From: a virus
Reading direction: 5' to 3' (one strand)
DNA: 64,000 nt
IMG/VR virus record: IMGVR_UViG_3300044627_003356
Positions within the stretch are counted from its first letter, which is position 1; every line of letters starts with the position of its first letter. Below are positions 20,601 to 30,416 of the stretch, piece after piece. The notes under the pieces are model-generated. The model ran no database searches and had not been told where the DNA came from. It saw only the letters and a program-made list of their open reading frames with translations. The translations under genes were made by a program, and so were the position numbers.

Positions 20601-22244
20601 TTAAGCTGATTGGACTGCTACAAATGTATTTGCTAAATCACCATCAATACTGAAATATTTTAGGTATGCAGAACTAGTTGAAGCCATCGTAAATGTGGTG
20701 GAATTTTCACTTGAATTAGTTGCTGAACATCCATGTGTAATGGTTCTAGTTGAACCACTCGTATTGATTAACCAAACTTCAACCACTTTACCAGCAACAA
20801 AATTTGTAAGTGTAAATGTTAAGTCAGCTGCTAAATTGGCTTTGATAACTACATCACTTGAAAAATCGATTGTAATGGCCGTTTGATTACCAACAGGTAG
20901 TCGTGGTGTAAAAATGAAACCCTTTGTTGGATTAACTGTACCAAGGAATTCAGCCGAATCTGCATTGAATGAAGCAATTTCTTGTAGTGTGTTTGAACCT
21001 ACAGGAGTATTCCAGAACTCAATACGAGTACCACGATTAGTATCACTAAAATTTTCTGCTGCCACAAAATCAATCTTTGTGGGACTAGAAGATGGAAACT
21101 GTGTGCCTGTCCAACCGTTGCCAACAACTCGGAATATCACATCATTGTTTGCTACTGCGACTGGTGCTGCGGCTGATCCTCGACCCATACGACCAGCTAC
21201 CAAAGGATAGGTGTTTGCACCAAAACTATCTAAAACAACACGAGTTACAGAATTGGCTTTGCCAGTAACGTGCAACATATAGTTGGTGTTTGATGGAGCC
21301 TGAGTAACAAAACCATCGCTTGAGGTAATTTTAACAAATGCGGTGTCGGTAGCAAATGATGAATTGTTTAAACTGATTGTACCAGTAGTTAATACATTAC
21401 CTGTAATAGTCAAATCACCAGCAAAAGTACCTGAAGTATTTGCTAATGCGTTATTTGCTTTAGTGAAAGCTGCCCATGCATGGTTGTTAGCAGTAGTTAT
21501 GTTTGTATTCTGTGCGAGATTGACACCTTCAATGATAGAGATGCTGGTATTTTGATTGGTGTTGATGGTTTCAATAGAATTTAATCTGGTGTTCTGTGTA
21601 GCATCAACACCTTGTGTAATAATTGTATTTGCTTGTGCAGCTAAAGTAACCGCAGCTGGCGATGCAGCCGTATTTTGTGTTGTTGAATCACTAAATTGTA
21701 ATGGTATACTTAATTTTAAATTCCCATTATCTTCTACTCTAACAGCTTCAGCAGCAATCGTGTGTGAACCTGTATAGAAAACAATATCATTATTTGAATT
21801 GTGTGTGCCTATCCACAAATTTCCATATACTTCACCATCTTTACCATGCATACAAATGAAGCCATCACGGTTAGGCAAATCAAATTCAGCATCATAGTCC
21901 ATATTTGAACCACGAATACCCATATTAATAAATCCATTGGCTTCATCACCATCATCCGTAGCAATTACAATCTGACCAGTACCTTTTGGATTGATGTTCT
22001 GAAAAAATACTCTAGAACTAGGTGCTGTATTACTAACGAATTGTGCAATCGCATCAGCATATATTGTGGTTGCAGATGTTCCAACATTCAATACATTGTT
22101 TGCAAATAGTCCTCCAGCCAATGTGGTGGTTGAAAACTGTGAAGTTGTATTGGTGGTCTTATCTACGGCAACAAACACGGTATTGGCATTATTAGCCGAT
22201 AACTGGTTTAATATTGGTAGTTCTGATATCTTGACTGACGGCAT
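20601..22244 (-). CDS. tail fibre-like virion protein
   Basis: VKISELP N-terminus; QGVDATQNTRLNSIETIN repeat shared with other fibres. Confidence 0.65.
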   Translation of the reverse strand: MPSVKISELPILNQLSANNANTVFVAVDKTTNTTSQFSTTTLAGGLFANNVLNVGTSATTIYADAIAQFVSNTAPSSRVFFQNINPKGTGQIVIATDDGDEANGFINMGIRGSNMDYDAEFDLPNRDGFICMHGKDGEVYGNLWIGTHNSNNDIVFYTGSHTIAAEAVRVEDNGNLKLSIPLQFSDSTTQNTAASPAAVTLAAQANTIITQGVDATQNTRLNSIETINTNQNTSISIIEGVNLAQNTNITTANNHAWAAFTKANNALANTSGTFAGDLTITGNVLTTGTISLNNSSFATDTAFVKITSSDGFVTQAPSNTNYMLHVTGKANSVTRVVLDSFGANTYPLVAGRMGRGSAAAPVAVANNDVIFRVVGNGWTGTQFPSSSPTKIDFVAAENFSDTNRGTRIEFWNTPVGSNTLQEIASFNADSAEFLGTVNPTKGFIFTPRLPVGNQTAITIDFSSDVVIKANLAADLTFTLTNFVAGKVVEVWLINTSGSTRTITHGCSATNSSENSTTFTMASTSSAYLKYFSIDGDLANTFVAVQSA

Positions 22245-22247
22245 TTC

Positions 22248-25154
22248 TTACCCCGCTAATATTGTGATGCCTGATTCTGTTATTAAAATGTAACCACTCT
22301 CTGTTAATAATTCTGGATATTCATAAAATCCTATGACACCATAGACCAAACAAGTTTCTGTGTTTGCTGATTTATCAACTGTAATTAATGCGTTATTTAC
22401 TGGCCCAAATGAGTTATTAGCAAGGTACAAATTACCATTTGCAAATACCTGTGTGACGGTGTAATAAGGACCGCCATTTAAAGAAACTTTATCTCCAGCA
22501 AAAATAATATTGTTGGCTGGTGTTTTGTTGGTAAAATTACCATCAAATTGACCAGTAACCGATTGTATATTTATCACATTTGAGGAGGCGTTTGCTGATC
22601 CAGTAGCAACATTTGCAAAGACTACAAAGACATTATCCTGCATTGTCACCTGATTGTTGGCCCAATCCACATTTGTAATCGTAGAGTAAGCTCTCAGGTT
22701 ATTTGTGGCAGTATATTCAATGATGTCGTTTGCAAAGACGGTGTTACCAATATTGGCGGAGATTGTATTGACAAACCGAATAATATTGGTGCTGATTTGA
22801 CCAGCCTGAGTATTTGCTTCAATGCGGGCCAGAGCAGACGGACCAGCAAAGGTGTCCATATGATAACCTTCTTGGAATGAAGTTTGAGTGTTCATTGAGA
22901 ACCCGTTGGAACTTATTAACAAGTTCCGCCCTCTTAGGTTCATACCAGAAGGATGTAATAGATTCAATACTAAATCTTTGTATGTTTTAAGTGCTTTCTC
23001 AACCGATAAAACATAAGTGAAGTTATTATAATCAAGACTTTCAAGTACCAGTCCTAAAGAAGAAAGATGGCCATCATCATTCAGATAGGTACCAGCACCT
23101 ATAATCAAACCATCTAAAAATGATGCATTAGCCCTTGCATTACCATCACCATATCGAATAATACTTGTTGGACTACCAGTAGTTTTATCGGTGTAGGCAT
23201 TCTGTGGGTCTAAAACCAACAAAGAAGATACATTAGAAATGTTGTGGTCAATCTTGATTGAAAGTGCAGCATCATAATTTCCTGTATAATCATATGTTCT
23301 TAATTGATATATGTCGGCTGCCGTATTTGCTGGAGATGCCGTTGAAATTTTGAATACAGAAGCTACGTTGGCTTTATAAGTGGCCACATTAAATGTTGCA
23401 CCTTGATACATGACATCACCAGCCAAAGGAAAATCTAATGGTGAAACGTTACTTACTGCAACATCGGCTACTTTTAGATAAACATTTGGTGTTGAAACAT
23501 AATCTTCACCAGGATTAATAATGTTGATGGATGTAACTGAGCCCGTTCTATCGGTTGTAGGTGTTAAAATTGCATCAGCACCCATAATTCCTGTGACAAC
23601 AAGTGACGCATTAGAACCTGTGCTACTTGTGACTGTGATTGTGGGTAAACTATCTTTTGTATAGCCTAACCCACCTAAAGGAAATGATTGATTTGTATTG
23701 TTGTTGGCATAAACATATCGTGCATTGATAATTGAACCAGCCGTATTAACAGTTACATTGGCAAATGCTCCAACACCCGTGCCGCCAGTAATTAATACTG
23801 TGTTTGCATTACCATATCCTTGGCCACCATTTAATACTTGAATTGGTTGAAGTATGCCAAGGAAACTAAGTGAATCAGTTCCTACATCAGTTGTATACAA
23901 AGAACTTACATCGACAGCAGGTGCAGAAGAATATCCTCCACCTTGATTGGTAACTTGTATTGAACCGATTGGTCCAACTTGTAGAGTTCTAAAAGTTAAA
24001 GTGTCACGCAAAGTAGAATTTGTGTTTGCGCTGACGGCAAATGATGTATATGTCTGAGCAAAGGTTGAATTTCCAATTGCAACATTAGCTACAATGCCTA
24101 ATGTGTTACTTGTAATAAGTGTAACATTGGCTAATCTAGCATCATCTAATAAATTAATTCTAGCAGCGGCACCGGTACCACCGCCGCCAGAAAATGTGAT
24201 GGCTGAATTTGGAAATACTCTATAACCATGAGAAGGGTCAGTTACAACTAAACTCTCAATAGATCCTGTTGTTGTTCGACCAACTTCTGCTGTTGCACCA
24301 ATCGGGTTTGTTACATCAGGACTTAATCCACCAACAACAATAACTGGATCGCCAGGTTCATAGAACAATCCTCGATTTCTTGGATTAATTGTTATAGAAG
24401 ATAAAACACCTACAACTTTACCTCTAAGTATTGTGGCGCCAGTTGGTATACTTACACCTTGATTTTGAATGTATACTTCACCATTATAGAAGTATACATC
24501 AAGATTATTATTATCCACAACACGGACAAACTCACCAGATTCAAACAGACGTTGAATGTTTGAGATGAAAACTTCTGTTTTATCTCCTACTGCCGCAGAA
24601 TAATCAACTGTTGCATATGACTGTGAGGTTTCACCAAACAACCTTAAGCTGTTAATTTGTAACCAATTCAAATCAACCGAATTGATTCGTAATGATTTAG
24701 ATACAATCCATTTACCATCAGAAGCTTTTAATATTACATCTGATGTATTGAAAATCTCGGCCTGTGAATCATACAATGCACGAAATAAAAACTGATATGA
24801 TTTCTCAGTACCTTTTGAAAGATAAAACTCTTTTGCAATCTTTAACAGTTTTCTTTTATCTGTTAGAGCATCTTCTGGTATATAAGGTAGAAAATCTTTT
24901 AGAAAGTATGAAACAAAACCATCTAATGTAGAATCCACATCCATATAATTGAGTAGATTCTTGGCACCATAAGTTACACCTTCACCACTTGTATTGGCTG
25001 TCGTAACGGATCCGTTGGCTGAGTAAGCAGTTTCTAACCATTCATAGTATGCCTGAATAAAATCAACAAAAGTGGAATAGTTAATATTATCCCGAACAAA
25101 TTCGGGAAGCTGCTGAGGAATCAGTAGTGATGTTTTATAATCGTTCGGTATCAT
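22248..25154 (-). CDS. gp7: baseplate wedge initiator gp7-like
   Basis: QLPEFVR..Y..FV.F..AYYEWLE; FY.SKGT..S...LFR.LY; Y..F.YV...LHPSGM. Confidence 0.75.
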   Translation of the reverse strand: MIPNDYKTSLLIPQQLPEFVRDNINYSTFVDFIQAYYEWLETAYSANGSVTTANTSGEGVTYGAKNLLNYMDVDSTLDGFVSYFLKDFLPYIPEDALTDKRKLLKIAKEFYLSKGTEKSYQFLFRALYDSQAEIFNTSDVILKASDGKWIVSKSLRINSVDLNWLQINSLRLFGETSQSYATVDYSAAVGDKTEVFISNIQRLFESGEFVRVVDNNNLDVYFYNGEVYIQNQGVSIPTGATILRGKVVGVLSSITINPRNRGLFYEPGDPVIVVGGLSPDVTNPIGATAEVGRTTTGSIESLVVTDPSHGYRVFPNSAITFSGGGGTGAAARINLLDDARLANVTLITSNTLGIVANVAIGNSTFAQTYTSFAVSANTNSTLRDTLTFRTLQVGPIGSIQVTNQGGGYSSAPAVDVSSLYTTDVGTDSLSFLGILQPIQVLNGGQGYGNANTVLITGGTGVGAFANVTVNTAGSIINARYVYANNNTNQSFPLGGLGYTKDSLPTITVTSSTGSNASLVVTGIMGADAILTPTTDRTGSVTSINIINPGEDYVSTPNVYLKVADVAVSNVSPLDFPLAGDVMYQGATFNVATYKANVASVFKISTASPANTAADIYQLRTYDYTGNYDAALSIKIDHNISNVSSLLVLDPQNAYTDKTTGSPTSIIRYGDGNARANASFLDGLIIGAGTYLNDDGHLSSLGLVLESLDYNNFTYVLSVEKALKTYKDLVLNLLHPSGMNLRGRNLLISSNGFSMNTQTSFQEGYHMDTFAGPSALARIEANTQAGQISTNIIRFVNTISANIGNTVFANDIIEYTATNNLRAYSTITNVDWANNQVTMQDNVFVVFANVATGSANASSNVINIQSVTGQFDGNFTNKTPANNIIFAGDKVSLNGGPYYTVTQVFANGNLYLANNSFGPVNNALITVDKSANTETCLVYGVIGFYEYPELLTESGYILITESGITILAG

Positions 25155-25157
25155 GTA

Positions 25158-27230
25158 TTAAACTTTGGCTACAATACTAATATTGATAGCATTAAGGTCG
25201 GTGTTATCGAGAGTAATAATTTTATCTCTTGCAGAAGATACAATCGTGGATGTTGGCACGGCTTGCACACCCAATACACCTAAAGGATTATTAATTGCAG
25301 ACGGATTGAAATCGATGAGTGTTACAATACCTTGAGCATAATCTACTGTACCGGCATTGGCATTGAGAATCTTCTTAACATTGTTTTCAAAATAATAAGT
25401 TCTCAATGTACCTTTATTACCAGCAAGAACAGCCACAGCAGATGCCAAAGAACCATTACCATCAGTTGATGTGATTTGCACAATAGCCTGTGTATAATTA
25501 ACACCAACATCAATCATTGTAATACTATCTACTTGACCATTCACAACAGTTGCTCTTGCTGTGGCACCTGTACCATCACCAAGGATAGTTACAGTTGGTG
25601 TTGATGTGTAACCAAAACCAGGATTACTAATAGAAATTGATTCAACAAATGTGGTTGACGATGGAGTTTCTTCTAAGTATACAGAATCTCGTACCACACT
25701 ATTATTATCAACATCAATTACTTGAAATGTTGGTGTGACACTAATACTTTTACCAAAAATATCTTTTTTTAGTGACGTTCCATATTTCAATGTGTATGTT
25801 GTTGATGAAGTTAAACTCGGAACAAGTCGTTTCTGTAAAGCAATCGAAGCATCATTTGTAATAAAAGAAGGACTGACCGATTGTACCGTAGAAATTAATG
25901 TTGAAAGTTGGAATGTAGAGTTAAATGTATTGAGTGTATCAGTTGCAAATCCTTGAATAGCAGTCAATACTTGTGTCTGTAACTGTGAAGAAGTAAGTGT
26001 TGTCAACTTTGTATCGTATAGTATATTTGAATTGATGACCAAATAATTATAATCAACATCAATAATTCTTGGTTGAACTGTCAGAACAGAAATAGGTTTA
26101 ATGATTTGTTCTTCAATGACTGATTTTTGTGATTGTGTTAATAGATAACCACCACTTGGTTTAATAGCCACAAACACCACACCATAAACTGGTGGATCAT
26201 TTTCTTCACCACCCCACACATTGACCGCATCAATTGGAAATATACCCGAATTGTTTTGAATTAAGAAAATGTAATCTTCTTTGGTTACTGCACGACCTTG
26301 AGCAGCATACGATTTTGGTGCAGTATATTTAATTGATTCAATACTTTCTCTTTCTGCACCTTGAGTTGCTGCTTGCACTGGTGTAATTGTTGAACTTGAA
26401 AAACCAGAGATTGTATCCATCAACACAAAGTTATTGGCATCGGTTGCAGCTGTACCTGAAGTGATGATGTATGATACAGACACCACATTACCATCTGTTA
26501 ACGCTTCACCTAATATGCCATCACCAAAATAAATTTGATAGAAACCATTTGTTGCTTCTTGTAAAAAGAAAGCCTTGGTTGTGCCGTTGAGTGCCAAATA
26601 GTCATCAACTAATGTGAATACTTGTGAAGAAGTATTGGATGTGCTTTGTTGAACAACAACAGAGATAGTAGTCGTATCTACATTGGTGTCAGGTAATTCA
26701 AAGATTGCTGTTGGATTGGCCGCAGAATCATAGGTAAATGAAAGAGTAACTGGTTCACCTTGTTTGATAACTAAATCATTAAAAGTTACTGTGTTGTTGG
26801 CCAAATCGGTGTTTTGTGTCGTTGAGTTAAGTGTAACAAACCTATAACTGACGCCATCAATCGCCTCAGAAAGAAAACTGGTAAATTTTGGTAAAGTTAA
26901 AGAACTGGTAGTTACATTGTTCATCACCAAATCAATCTGAGCTCGTGGTGCGGCTGCCGATTGTGGTGTATAGTTTAATAGTTTGGCATGAGAAACAACA
27001 GAACTTCTTTGCAATGCTGAATCCAAGAACATCTCGTTGGCCACCATGTTGAGATAGTATGCCTGATATTGTGTATTGTATGCAAGAACATCCAACAGAG
27101 TAGAAAGTGCAGAACCTTCGTAATTATAATCTTGAAGTGTGGTTTGAGATTGTAAGTACCGTTTTAGATTGGTTTTAATTGTATTAAAATCCAAATCGGT
27201 AATTTGAATATTTGAATTTTCGCCTGCCAT
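25158..27230 (-). CDS. gp6: baseplate wedge subunit gp6
   Basis: LDF..IK.NLK...DYNYEGSALS.LLDVLAYNT...NMVANEMFLDSA..RSSVVSHAK; RAVT..DY; WGGE. Confidence 0.93.
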   Translation of the reverse strand: MAGENSNIQITDLDFNTIKTNLKRYLQSQTTLQDYNYEGSALSTLLDVLAYNTQYQAYYLNMVANEMFLDSALQRSSVVSHAKLLNYTPQSAAAPRAQIDLVMNNVTTSSLTLPKFTSFLSEAIDGVSYRFVTLNSTTQNTDLANNTVTFNDLVIKQGEPVTLSFTYDSAANPTAIFELPDTNVDTTTISVVVQQSTSNTSSQVFTLVDDYLALNGTTKAFFLQEATNGFYQIYFGDGILGEALTDGNVVSVSYIITSGTAATDANNFVLMDTISGFSSSTITPVQAATQGAERESIESIKYTAPKSYAAQGRAVTKEDYIFLIQNNSGIFPIDAVNVWGGEENDPPVYGVVFVAIKPSGGYLLTQSQKSVIEEQIIKPISVLTVQPRIIDVDYNYLVINSNILYDTKLTTLTSSQLQTQVLTAIQGFATDTLNTFNSTFQLSTLISTVQSVSPSFITNDASIALQKRLVPSLTSSTTYTLKYGTSLKKDIFGKSISVTPTFQVIDVDNNSVVRDSVYLEETPSSTTFVESISISNPGFGYTSTPTVTILGDGTGATARATVVNGQVDSITMIDVGVNYTQAIVQITSTDGNGSLASAVAVLAGNKGTLRTYYFENNVKKILNANAGTVDYAQGIVTLIDFNPSAINNPLGVLGVQAVPTSTIVSSARDKIITLDNTDLNAINISIVAKV

Positions 27231-27231
27231 T

Positions 27232-27624
27232 TTATCTATTTCTCTCTAAAAGGATGGTAACTGTTGTTGGTAGCGTTGCATTTTGTATGTAAAATTCTAA
27301 ACTCACTTCATACGCATTTTGGTCTGGTTGTGCATTTACGGTGACACTTTTTAACAGAGCACGAGGTTCATAGTTCGTAATCATGTTTTCAATTTCGGTC
27401 TGCAACGATGACGATGTAATGGGTGAAATAGGTTCAAACAATAAATTGTTAATATTGGAACCTAACTCTGGTTGAAACGGCCTTTCATAGTGGTTCGTCA
27501 ATAAAAGGTTACGAACCGACCTTATAACAGCCATTTCGTCATAACTTAAAGCGACATCATTGGTCACCGGTTTACGGGTGAATGTGAAATCTATGTCGGA
27601 ATATAAGTTCTTTATGGTTGCCAT
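27232..27624 (-). CDS. gp25: baseplate wedge protein gp25
   Basis: YSDID..F...P...D...AV.RSVRNL.LT...ERPFQP.LGS...LFE...YEPR. Confidence 0.93.
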   Translation of the reverse strand: MATIKNLYSDIDFTFTRKPVTNDVALSYDEMAVIRSVRNLLLTNHYERPFQPELGSNINNLLFEPISPITSSSLQTEIENMITNYEPRALLKSVTVNAQPDQNAYEVSLEFYIQNATLPTTVTILLERNR

Positions 27625-27628
27625 TGTT

Positions 27629-27636
27629 TATTTATT
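27629..27636 (-). promoter_or_regulatory. late promoter (AATAAATA) 4 nt upstream of the gp25 ATG
   Basis: AATAAATA-AACA-ATG with no SD in between. Confidence 0.6.
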
Positions 27637-27645
27637 CTGCTCTGG

Positions 27646-27701
27646 AAGTAAATTTGCTTTTTAGCATCTTGAAATGCGCCTAAAAAATTTTTGGGCCGGA
27701 A
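27646..27701 (-). other. repeated intergenic hairpin element, copy 2
   Basis: See copy 1 at 10830-10884. Confidence 0.6.
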
Positions 27702-27723
27702 TCAAAAAATTCGAATTTTGGAA

Positions 27724-28527
27724 TTATGAGTTTATTCTTTCTTTAATCTTGTCTGTACCAACAAAGTTGTTGACCAAATAGGTCTCCGTTTCACCCATAT
27801 TGGTAAATTTCTTCACCTGATTGTATTTGTCTACAAAACTACGCAAATTAGTATAGTAGGTTACATCAGCATTTTGTCTGGTTATCAAAAGTGTGTTGGT
27901 ATTTGATATATCAGAAAGAATCTGTGATATTTGTGCTTCTGTCAAATTGTTGGCTGTCACTCCATTTGTTAGAGTTACAAGACTATTGGCCAAAGTAACA
28001 TTTGTTGAACCTACTTGAGGACCAATCAGTATACTAGTAAAGCTACCTAAAATAGGTGAAGTATTGGTTATATTGTCAGTTTGATTGGTGATATACAAGG
28101 CAGTCTTACCTAATCCCATGGCCGTGTCATAATATGGATTCTCAACTTCTTGGCCAACAAAGGGTGTTACTCCTGATATTCTGTTAGTGTGTGCTAAAAA
28201 CGAAGTTGCAACATTCGCAAGTGTATTTGCAGCTGTAACAATCAAATCACAATTTGCAATGTTTTGACTGGCCCCAGTATTTGCCACAGTTATCATGGTT
28301 TGTGAAATTGTAATGATTGAACCGGTATTAGAAGCCACGGGGTTTTGATAATATCCGCCAACTGCGTTATTTGCAATGTCTTGTGCCTGCCAAGTTTCAA
28401 TAAACGCCGGCATAGAGTTTAGATGTGCAACTGTATTTGCAGAAAGATTTAATACATCACCATTTGGGTCACTAAAATTATAACCTAATGTTGCATATAC
28501 TCCAGTTGCGTTATTAACTAATGCCAT
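27724..28527 (-). CDS. hypothetical baseplate-region protein
   Basis: 267-aa ORF between gp5 C-part and gp25. Confidence 0.6.
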   Translation of the reverse strand: MALVNNATGVYATLGYNFSDPNGDVLNLSANTVAHLNSMPAFIETWQAQDIANNAVGGYYQNPVASNTGSIITISQTMITVANTGASQNIANCDLIVTAANTLANVATSFLAHTNRISGVTPFVGQEVENPYYDTAMGLGKTALYITNQTDNITNTSPILGSFTSILIGPQVGSTNVTLANSLVTLTNGVTANNLTEAQISQILSDISNTNTLLITRQNADVTYYTNLRSFVDKYNQVKKFTNMGETETYLVNNFVGTDKIKERINS

Positions 28528-28530
28528 TAT

Positions 28531-29304
28531 CTAAACTCCAAAGAAAGGTGTCAAAGGCGGACTGGTTGGTCCTTTTGGTGAATTGTGTATATGGGTGTTA
28601 TAGATGCCTTTGTTAATAATATCAGACATCAATACAGCATTCATAATACCAAATGTTCCCAAAGGTGCTTCAACTGAAGTTAATGAAGTAATTGGTCCTT
28701 GTGAATATACACCCAATAAACCTGCATACAATCCAGTACCAGCATTAATTCGTGTTTCAGCAGTAATTAAATCAGCCGAAGCAGAGCCAGCAACTACCAA
28801 ATCAGAGTCTATGTAAACATGGTCAGACGCAGCCATACGGATTGCACCACCAAAGTTCTCATTAGCAGTAATTGACATATCACCATCACTAGATTGAGAA
28901 ATATCACCTACAACTCTGGTGTTCATTTTACCACCAACTAATAGATTGTAATCACCTGCTACCTGAACATTGTGGTCACCTTTAACTTCCATATTGGCAT
29001 CACCCTCAATGGTAATATTACAGGTACCTTTGATTAGAACATTTTTACCTTTTAAGTAAATCTCGTATCCAGTACCATATACCTTATGCACCTCATCGCC
29101 ATCAGGATGCATTTCCAAGAAAGTACCTATACGGTGCTGTAACCGAACTCGTTCTCTTGTTGGAGTGTCGTCCATCTCAAAGGAATGACCAGATTCCGTC
29201 TGTTGTATGTTATTATATGGATATACTGGTGGAGTTTCGGTATTTCTAGCCGATTCTGGTTCTGTCCAAGAGTTATCTGAAGGTGATGGTGGTAATATTG
29301 CCAT
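28531..29304 (-). CDS. gp5: gp5-like central spike, C-terminal beta-helix part
   Basis: YPYN...TESGH.FEMDDTP..ER.R..HR.GTF.E.HPDG; V.GD repeats; tip HIH. Confidence 0.85.
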   Translation of the reverse strand: MAILPPSPSDNSWTEPESARNTETPPVYPYNNIQQTESGHSFEMDDTPTRERVRLQHRIGTFLEMHPDGDEVHKVYGTGYEIYLKGKNVLIKGTCNITIEGDANMEVKGDHNVQVAGDYNLLVGGKMNTRVVGDISQSSDGDMSITANENFGGAIRMAASDHVYIDSDLVVAGSASADLITAETRINAGTGLYAGLLGVYSQGPITSLTSVEAPLGTFGIMNAVLMSDIINKGIYNTHIHNSPKGPTSPPLTPFFGV

Positions 29305-29306
29305 AA

Positions 29307-30125
29307 TTAAGGTGCCGATTTATTTTGTGATGGTGGTTTGGCCGGAGCTTCGTATGATGCAATAATTGCATTGGCTGCATCAAGTTCTGTTTGATTTGTG
29401 GGTATCAAAAGACCAACTGTTGCCGCACCAGCAATATTAACTGTACCTGCTACAACAGCAACTGTTGCGGTTACTGTTTTGGCTGCCGACTCGGCTAAGG
29501 CTTTTGCTTCTTTAATAATGTCATCATAATTACTAGGTCCTTCTGAAAAACCTTCTGAAAGACCAGCACCAATATCAGAAAAAACAGAACCAATTAATTT
29601 AATTAATCTTGACAAACAATCTTGAAGTAGTGCTAAAAATTTTGCAGGTAAACTTAAAATCCAAGCAATGATTGCTCTTAATTTGGCAATGTAAGCAATA
29701 ACATATTTTTGAAAATCTAAAATTGGTTGCAAAATTTCTTTATTGATACGATTAACTTCTCTAGCAATGGCTTTTAGTGTGGTTGCCAGCCAAGAAGTTT
29801 CGCCTGTAGGGTCAGCAAAACCCAATGCTCTTAAAACTGCTCTAATTGCATCTCTAATATATTTGGCCGTAGCCTTTGCATATTTTTTAAATTCAATATT
29901 TTTTTGTATATCGGTAACAAAATCACACACATGAGCCAAGTTATCATTGGCAAAACCAACACTAGTATTGGCAACAATACTTCTTGCACCAGCAGGTACT
30001 TGAGGATTACCTTTAGTTTGTCCATCATTAACCTGAGTTGGAGATGGTGCTGGTGATTCAACGGCTGTGCCACCAACAAAAGTTACAGATACAATAGAAG
30101 GAGGTAATTGAATTTCATTTGCCAT
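29307..30125 (-). CDS. helical protein between the two gp5 parts
   Basis: 272 aa; in frame with the gp5 OB ORF across a single TAA. Confidence 0.6.
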   Translation of the reverse strand: MANEIQLPPSIVSVTFVGGTAVESPAPSPTQVNDGQTKGNPQVPAGARSIVANTSVGFANDNLAHVCDFVTDIQKNIEFKKYAKATAKYIRDAIRAVLRALGFADPTGETSWLATTLKAIAREVNRINKEILQPILDFQKYVIAYIAKLRAIIAWILSLPAKFLALLQDCLSRLIKLIGSVFSDIGAGLSEGFSEGPSNYDDIIKEAKALAESAAKTVTATVAVVAGTVNIAGAATVGLLIPTNQTELDAANAIIASYEAPAKPPSQNKSAP

Positions 30126-30416
30126 TTATGCTATTCCCGGTAAAACGCCCATCATAATTGGTGCCTGTCCTGAATCTCCGTCCATAAAGAAACCGACCAC
30201 CCAATCACCTAATAGTGGTGCTGAAAATGATTTTGAATTGTTAATTGGATACATTGGTTGAGCCCATGGTAAATCTTGTGTAGGTAATTCACTAATATTG
30301 TCTGTGTGCCAACCAAATATTCTAAGTTGACATCTTCCCATACCCAAAGGATCTACTCGGTTTTCAACTACACCGATGAACCAAGTAAAACCATCTTTTC
30401 CTATAAAATTTTGCAT
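30126..30416 (-). CDS. gp5: gp5 N-terminal OB-fold domain as a stand-alone ORF
   Basis: F.WF.GVVE.R.DPL..GR...R.FG.H...LPWA.P...G.WV.GFFMDG...Q.P..MG. Confidence 0.9.
   Translation of the reverse strand: MQNFIGKDGFTWFIGVVENRVDPLGMGRCQLRIFGWHTDNISELPTQDLPWAQPMYPINNSKSFSAPLLGDWVVGFFMDGDSGQAPIMMGVLPGIA

Noticed and set aside
30120-30130. Genome-wide stop-codon reassignment
   Set aside because: Core genes are intact under the standard code and TAA, TGA and TAG all terminate genes; the in-frame TAA here is an isolated case
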